From: Oscillatoriaceae cyanobacterium M7585_C2015_266
Lineage (GTDB): Bacteria > Cyanobacteriota > Cyanobacteriia > Cyanobacteriales > Oscillatoriaceae
Length of the DNA stretch: 32,000 nucleotides
Reading direction: 5' to 3'
Assembly (NCBI GenBank): GCA_015295835.1
Contig: DVEG01000020.1
Location: 299,709 to 331,708, forward strand
Part shown: positions 27,836-32,000 of the stretch, piece after piece
Position numbering within the stretch: position 1 is the first letter of the stretch
How the letters are laid out: every line of letters begins with the position of its first letter
The notes under the pieces: model-generated
Told to the model about the DNA's origin: nothing
The model's input: only the letters and a program-made list of their open reading frames with translations
Databases searched by the model: none
Translations under genes and position numbers: made by a program

Positions 27836-28267
27836 ATGCCTTACGAATTTCTAGAAGATACCGCCACCGCTGATATTGCTTTTCGCGCCTGGGGAAAAAA
27901 CCTAGAAGAATTATTCATCGCCGCCGGCGACGCCACAATAAACACAATGATCGATAATATCGATGCGATCGCACCCAAAGAAACCCGCACCTTCAACCTA
28001 GAAAATGACGACTTAGACATGCTACTATTTAACTTCCTACAAGAACTCATCTACTACAAAGATAGCGAACAGCTCCTACTCAGAGCACAACACATTAATA
28101 TTTCCCAAGAAAATAACAAACACCAACTCAAAGCCATCACAGCAGGAGAAACCCTGACTCCTGAAAAACACTCTCAGCGAGTAGATGTAAAAGCCGTTAC
28201 ATTACACCGCTTTCAACTAGAAAAAACCGCCAACGGTTGGGAGACTTTCATAATACTAGACATTTAA
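27836..28267 (+). CDS. Archease (RtcB activating cofactor)
   Basis: 143 aa; YEFLEDTATADIAFRAWGKNLEELFIAAGDA...VDVKAVTLHRFQLEKTANGWETFIILDI matches the archease pattern. Confidence 0.93.
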   Translation: MPYEFLEDTATADIAFRAWGKNLEELFIAAGDATINTMIDNIDAIAPKETRTFNLENDDLDMLLFNFLQELIYYKDSEQLLLRAQHINISQENNKHQLKAITAGETLTPEKHSQRVDVKAVTLHRFQLEKTANGWETFIILDI

Positions 28268-28311
28268 TTTAATAAAAAAAATACCGGCAACTCCAAAAAC
28301 AAAATGCACCT

Positions 28312-29010
28312 ATGACATTTATTCTCACCAACGATGACGGAATTGACGCCCCCGGCTTGCACGCACTCCTAAAAGCCGTAAACGGCAAAGCCATTCTAAT
28401 TGCTCCCAAACAAGAATGCTCTGGTTGTAGTCATCGCGTCACGACAAAGGAAGGGATTCATGTCGAAAAACGCTCCCAAACCGCCTACGCTGTAGGTGGC
28501 ACCCCCGCAGATTGCATACGCCTAGCAATATCACATCTTTGCCCAGATGTAAAATGGGTGCTCTCTGGTATCAATTGGGGAGGAAATGTGGGAGTAGATA
28601 CTTATATCTCCGGTACGGTTGCCGCAGTGCGCGAAGCGGCTTTTCACGGCATTCCTGCGATCGCAATTTCCCATTATCGCAAAGGCAAACTAAATGTTGA
28701 TTGGGAACTAGCTGCCCACTGGGCAGCTATAGTACTAGATGAATTACTTAGTCGCCCCCTCGCACCCGGTAGCTTCTGGAATGTAAATCTGCCGCACCTG
28801 CTCCCCGGCGCTCCCGCTCCTCAGATAGTATTTTGCCCCCCCAGTAGGCAACCATTACCACTGAAATATCGGGTAGAAGGAGAATATTTTTATTATATCG
28901 GCGATTATGCCAGCCGTGAACGTGCTCCAGGCACCGATGTCGATGTCTGTTTTTCTGGTAATATTGCCGTCACCCAGTTGCGACTAGAGAGCGCTCGCTT
29001 CTTACTGTAA
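28312..29010 (+). CDS. surE: 5'/3'-nucleotidase SurE
   Basis: N-terminal ILTNDDGIDAPG, LSGINWGGNVGVDTYISGTVAAVREA. Confidence 0.95.
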   Translation: MTFILTNDDGIDAPGLHALLKAVNGKAILIAPKQECSGCSHRVTTKEGIHVEKRSQTAYAVGGTPADCIRLAISHLCPDVKWVLSGINWGGNVGVDTYISGTVAAVREAAFHGIPAIAISHYRKGKLNVDWELAAHWAAIVLDELLSRPLAPGSFWNVNLPHLLPGAPAPQIVFCPPSRQPLPLKYRVEGEYFYYIGDYASRERAPGTDVDVCFSGNIAVTQLRLESARFLL

Positions 29011-29043
29011 AATAACTCCTAACAATAACAAGGATTAAAGCCA

Positions 29044-29979
29044 ATGCGAATCTTAATAATGGGTGGCACCCGGTTTGTCGGGGTTTATCTAACTAAAATT
29101 TTAGTCGCACAAGGGCACGAAGTCGTTCTCTTCAATCGCGGTAAAAAACCAGCACCCGTTGCAGGAATTCAGCAAATTCACGGTGATAGAACTGATGCTG
29201 CCATTCTTAAAGAAAAACTCGCACATGAAGAATTTGACGCAATTTTTGATAACAACGGACGAGAATTAAGCGACACACAACCCCTAGCTGAAATTTTTAA
29301 AGGGCGAGTAAAGCATTTTATTTATATGAGTTCGGCTGGCGTTTATCTAAAAACAGATCAACTGCCTCATATAGAAGGCGACGCGCTCGATCCGAAAAGC
29401 CGTCACAAAGGAAAATACGAAACCGAATCTTATCTGGCTGAACAAAAATTACCTTGGACTTCAATTCGCCCTACTTATATTTATGGTCCTCAAAATTATA
29501 ATGATATTGAAGCCTGGTTTTTTGATCGCATCATTCGCGCTCGCCCTATTCCTATACCAGGCAACGGATTACATATCACCCAACTTGGGCACTGCCAGGA
29601 TTTAGCAAGAGCAATGGCAGCCGTACTCGGTAACGAAAAAGCAATAGCACAGGTTTATAATGTATCGGGTGAGCGTTACGTAACTTTCGACGGATTAGCG
29701 CGCGCCTGTGCCGAAGCAGCCGGCAAATCCCCCGATTCTATTAAACTCGTACATTACGATCCAAAAAAATTCGATTTCGGCAGTCGCAAAGGCTTTCCCC
29801 TGCGCGTGCAGCACTTTTTTGCCTCCATTGAAAAAGCCAAACGCGACTTGAATTGGCAGCCAGAATTTGACTTGCTCTCTGGATTAAAAGACTCTTTCGA
29901 AAACGATTATTTAGCTTCAGGGCGCGATAAAGCAGAAATTGATTTCTCCGTAGATGACGAAATTCTTAAAAATGTTTAA
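29044..29979 (+). CDS. NAD(P)-binding atypical SDR/epimerase, CSP41b-like (chloroplast stem-loop-binding protein homologue)
   Basis: RILIMGGTRFVG Rossmann motif. SSAGVYLKTDQLPHIEGDALDPKSRHKGKYETE, GERYVTFDGLARACAEAAG and QHFFASIEKAKRDLNWQPEFDL closely match the plant CSP41b pattern recalled from memory. Confidence 0.85.
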   Translation: MRILIMGGTRFVGVYLTKILVAQGHEVVLFNRGKKPAPVAGIQQIHGDRTDAAILKEKLAHEEFDAIFDNNGRELSDTQPLAEIFKGRVKHFIYMSSAGVYLKTDQLPHIEGDALDPKSRHKGKYETESYLAEQKLPWTSIRPTYIYGPQNYNDIEAWFFDRIIRARPIPIPGNGLHITQLGHCQDLARAMAAVLGNEKAIAQVYNVSGERYVTFDGLARACAEAAGKSPDSIKLVHYDPKKFDFGSRKGFPLRVQHFFASIEKAKRDLNWQPEFDLLSGLKDSFENDYLASGRDKAEIDFSVDDEILKNV

Positions 29980-29990
29980 TGTGTAAATAT

Positions 29991-30012
29991 AGAGCGGCAG
30001 CTCCGCCGCTCT
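29991..30012. terminator. Bidirectional terminator-like hairpin between convergent genes
   Basis: AGAGCGGC (29991-29998)/GCCGCTCT (30005-30012), 6-nt loop. Confidence 0.6.
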
Positions 30013-30019
30013 AATACCG

Positions 30020-30535
30020 TCAAGTTTTTTCCTGAAACGGCAATAAATACAAAGCTCCTGAAATTAAAGTTAAAGCAACGGCAATCCAAAATGCAATCAA
30101 GGAAGGAAGTCGCCAAACAGCAGAAAGAGGAGCAACCAAAAGAGCGATCGCAACAATTTGACTAACAGTTTTCAGCTTTCCCCAGAAATTCGCTCCCGAA
30201 ATAGCAGTCTGGCTTACTCGCCAACCTGCGATCGTCAGTTCTCGTGCTAAAATTAAAAATACTCCCCAGGCAGGTACTTGTCTAATTTCCACCAGTGCCA
30301 ACAGAGGTGCCAGTACTAGCAACTTATCCACCAGCGGATCGAGAAATTTGCCTAAATCCGTGATTTGATTAAGCTTTCTCGCCAAATAACCATCTAGCCA
30401 ATCAGTACCCGCTGCTAGCAGGAAAATAAAAACACATATCCACCGATGCGCCCTTGTCGGCTCCTGTAGAAAATAGAGAATAAATGGCACCCCTAAAAGG
30501 CGAGAAAATGTTATCCAGGTGGGAAGATTCATCAA
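30020..30535 (-). CDS. pgsA: CDP-diacylglycerol--glycerol-3-phosphate 3-phosphatidyltransferase
   Basis: CDP-alcohol phosphotransferase motif DWLDGYLARKLNQITDLGKFLDPLVDK (DG..AR...G...D...D). Confidence 0.93.
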   Translation of the reverse strand: MMNLPTWITFSRLLGVPFILYFLQEPTRAHRWICVFIFLLAAGTDWLDGYLARKLNQITDLGKFLDPLVDKLLVLAPLLALVEIRQVPAWGVFLILARELTIAGWRVSQTAISGANFWGKLKTVSQIVAIALLVAPLSAVWRLPSLIAFWIAVALTLISGALYLLPFQEKT

Positions 30536-30583
30536 TCGGATACTAGTAGATTAGATATACATTGGGGACTTTCTACTTTAATA

Positions 30584-31282
30584 TCAATAAGCCCCGTCCT
30601 TTTTCAAAACTACCTCAATAGTTTTAAGAATAAGAAAAATATCATAGGCAACAGACCACCGCTGCTGGTAATCTAGATCCATACTTACGATCGCCTCAAA
30701 ATCTTTCACATTCGAGCGCCCCTTGACTTGCCACTCCCCTGTCAAGCCAGGTTTAACATTTAACCGCAGCCAGTGGTGAGGCTCGTAATGTTTCACTTCA
30801 TCTGGAGTAGGCGGGCGGGTTCCTACCAAACTCATATCGCCGATGAGAACATTCCAAAACTGGGGCAATTCATCCAAACTGTAACGGCGTAGGAATCTGC
30901 CAAGGGGAGTAATGCGTGGATCATTCTCGTTTTTAAAAATATACCCTTTTGCTTGGTTAGGCACTAAATGTTTTAACTTCTCCGCCCCTACTATCATTGA
31001 ACGAAATTTCCAGATGCGAAATAGACGCCCCCTGTAGCCGCAGCGAATCTGGCTATAGAAAAGAGGACCCGGATCTATTAATAACATAGCGATCGCTATG
31101 GGAATCGCCACAATAGCCGTAATCGCCAATCCGACTAGAGCGCCGACAATATCAATTAGGCGTTTAACTTTATTATTAACTGAGGGATGCTCCTGCTCTG
31201 TGAATAAAGACAGTCTACATTTTTCATCAACGGCAGGAGACAGGTTTGGTAAAGAAGGATACAAATCAGTAGTTACAAGCAC
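30584..31282 (-). CDS. Exopolysaccharide-type sugar transferase (undecaprenyl-phosphate hexose transferase family)
   Basis: KRLIDIVGALVGL...GPLFYSQIRCGYRGRLFRIWKFRSM...LRRYSLDELPQFWNVLIGDMSLVGTRP...VKPGLTGEWQVKGR. Confidence 0.93.
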   Translation of the reverse strand: MLVTTDLYPSLPNLSPAVDEKCRLSLFTEQEHPSVNNKVKRLIDIVGALVGLAITAIVAIPIAIAMLLIDPGPLFYSQIRCGYRGRLFRIWKFRSMIVGAEKLKHLVPNQAKGYIFKNENDPRITPLGRFLRRYSLDELPQFWNVLIGDMSLVGTRPPTPDEVKHYEPHHWLRLNVKPGLTGEWQVKGRSNVKDFEAIVSMDLDYQQRWSVAYDIFLILKTIEVVLKKDGAY

Positions 31283-31441
31283 GGCTTAAATGCAAATCCT
31301 CTACATATTTAGTTGTTTGTGACTACATACTAAAGTTCAAATCCTCGTAAAATTACGGATTTACCAAATCTTTAAATTTTTTTTTATTTTTTTAAAGATC
31401 CAATTAATTTTCAGTTTTTAGCTAAAATATAAACTTTTAAA

Positions 31442-31999
31442 TCACCGCCTTACCAGCTCAATTATAAGGGGTTCATCCAATCGCTGGTAAGAGCCAGCCA
31501 TCAAATCATTAAAATACTGACTGAGTAGACGAGCTTGTGAAAGGTTGACATGATATAACTGCTGTTGTTGATAGAAAAGGGGAGTCTTGCTGAGAGCAAG
31601 ATAATCCGGATTTTCTTTAAAATCGGGATTAAGCAAGACACGCTCCTCAAAGGCAGGTTGTAGGAAAGTGGGGAGATACCCATCTAGGAAGCGCCCAATC
31701 CTTTCCCTGACGACGTTAGTATTGATACCGCGACGCTCCAATAACAGCAAAATTTCTTCTTGAGAAAAAGAGGGATTTGTATCGGCAAGGGAAAACTTTT
31801 GCAGAAGAGTTCGCAAAATTTCTGTCAACAAGAAAGCATCACTATACTGAAAGCGATAAGTATTGACAATGCGGGGATGCAAGGGAACTGCTGCCAACCC
31901 GTAAGCGATCCGACTACAGGCAAGAGGGCGAGCGCTTGCATAAGTATCCTGAATAATTATAGCATTAGGGAGCTTCTGTCGCAACCAACGAGCGAGCAC
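31442..31999 (-). CDS. Hypothetical protein, probably truncated by the window edge
   Basis: The open frame reaches the end of the window; the listed GTG start sits 1-2 nt from the edge, so the gene likely continues. Confidence 0.5.
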   Translation of the reverse strand: MLARWLRQKLPNAIIIQDTYASARPLACSRIAYGLAAVPLHPRIVNTYRFQYSDAFLLTEILRTLLQKFSLADTNPSFSQEEILLLLERRGINTNVVRERIGRFLDGYLPTFLQPAFEERVLLNPDFKENPDYLALSKTPLFYQQQQLYHVNLSQARLLSQYFNDLMAGSYQRLDEPLIIELVRR

Positions 32000-32000
32000 A

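Noticed and set aside
1-32000. CRISPR arrays, tRNA or rRNA genes
   Set aside because: No regularly spaced direct repeats, tRNA cloverleaf with T-arm/acceptor, or rRNA core sequence was recognised on reading. A tRNAscan/CRISPR tool run would confirm this.

Overview
The window is a cyanobacterial chromosome segment: it contains many HIP1 GCGATCGC octamers and typical cyanobacterial gene families. Most of it is housekeeping or conserved genes: an HD-domain phosphohydrolase, a fused oligopeptide ABC ATPase, a PatD-like protein, RelA/SpoT, a TPM/Psb32-like protein, an EamA transporter, a divergent Mn/Zn-type ABC transporter, a solitary m5C methyltransferase, SerS, RseP, endonuclease III, ribosomal protein S14, Aat, DUF3598, a catalytically substituted caspase homologue, a HerA-like ATPase, a fasciclin protein, RtcB, a G3E/CobW GTPase, archease, SurE, a CSP41b-like protein, PgsA and a sugar transferase. 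The most interesting region is about 24.66-29.98 kb. The roughly 890-bp gap between the fasciclin gene and rtcB holds two tandem diverged copies of what looks like one structured RNA. Three collinear blocks are conserved (13/14, 13/14 and 17/22 nt). Each copy can form a hairpin whose loop pairs with a downstream block (a pseudoknot), and the single difference in the core block is exactly compensated in its pairing partner. Directly downstream is a co-directional run rtcB - G3E GTPase - archease - surE - CSP41b-like stem-loop RNA-binding/nuclease homologue. I propose this as a candidate RNA processing/repair island with associated non-coding RNAs. The gene calls are well supported. The RNA family identity and any functional link are inference.
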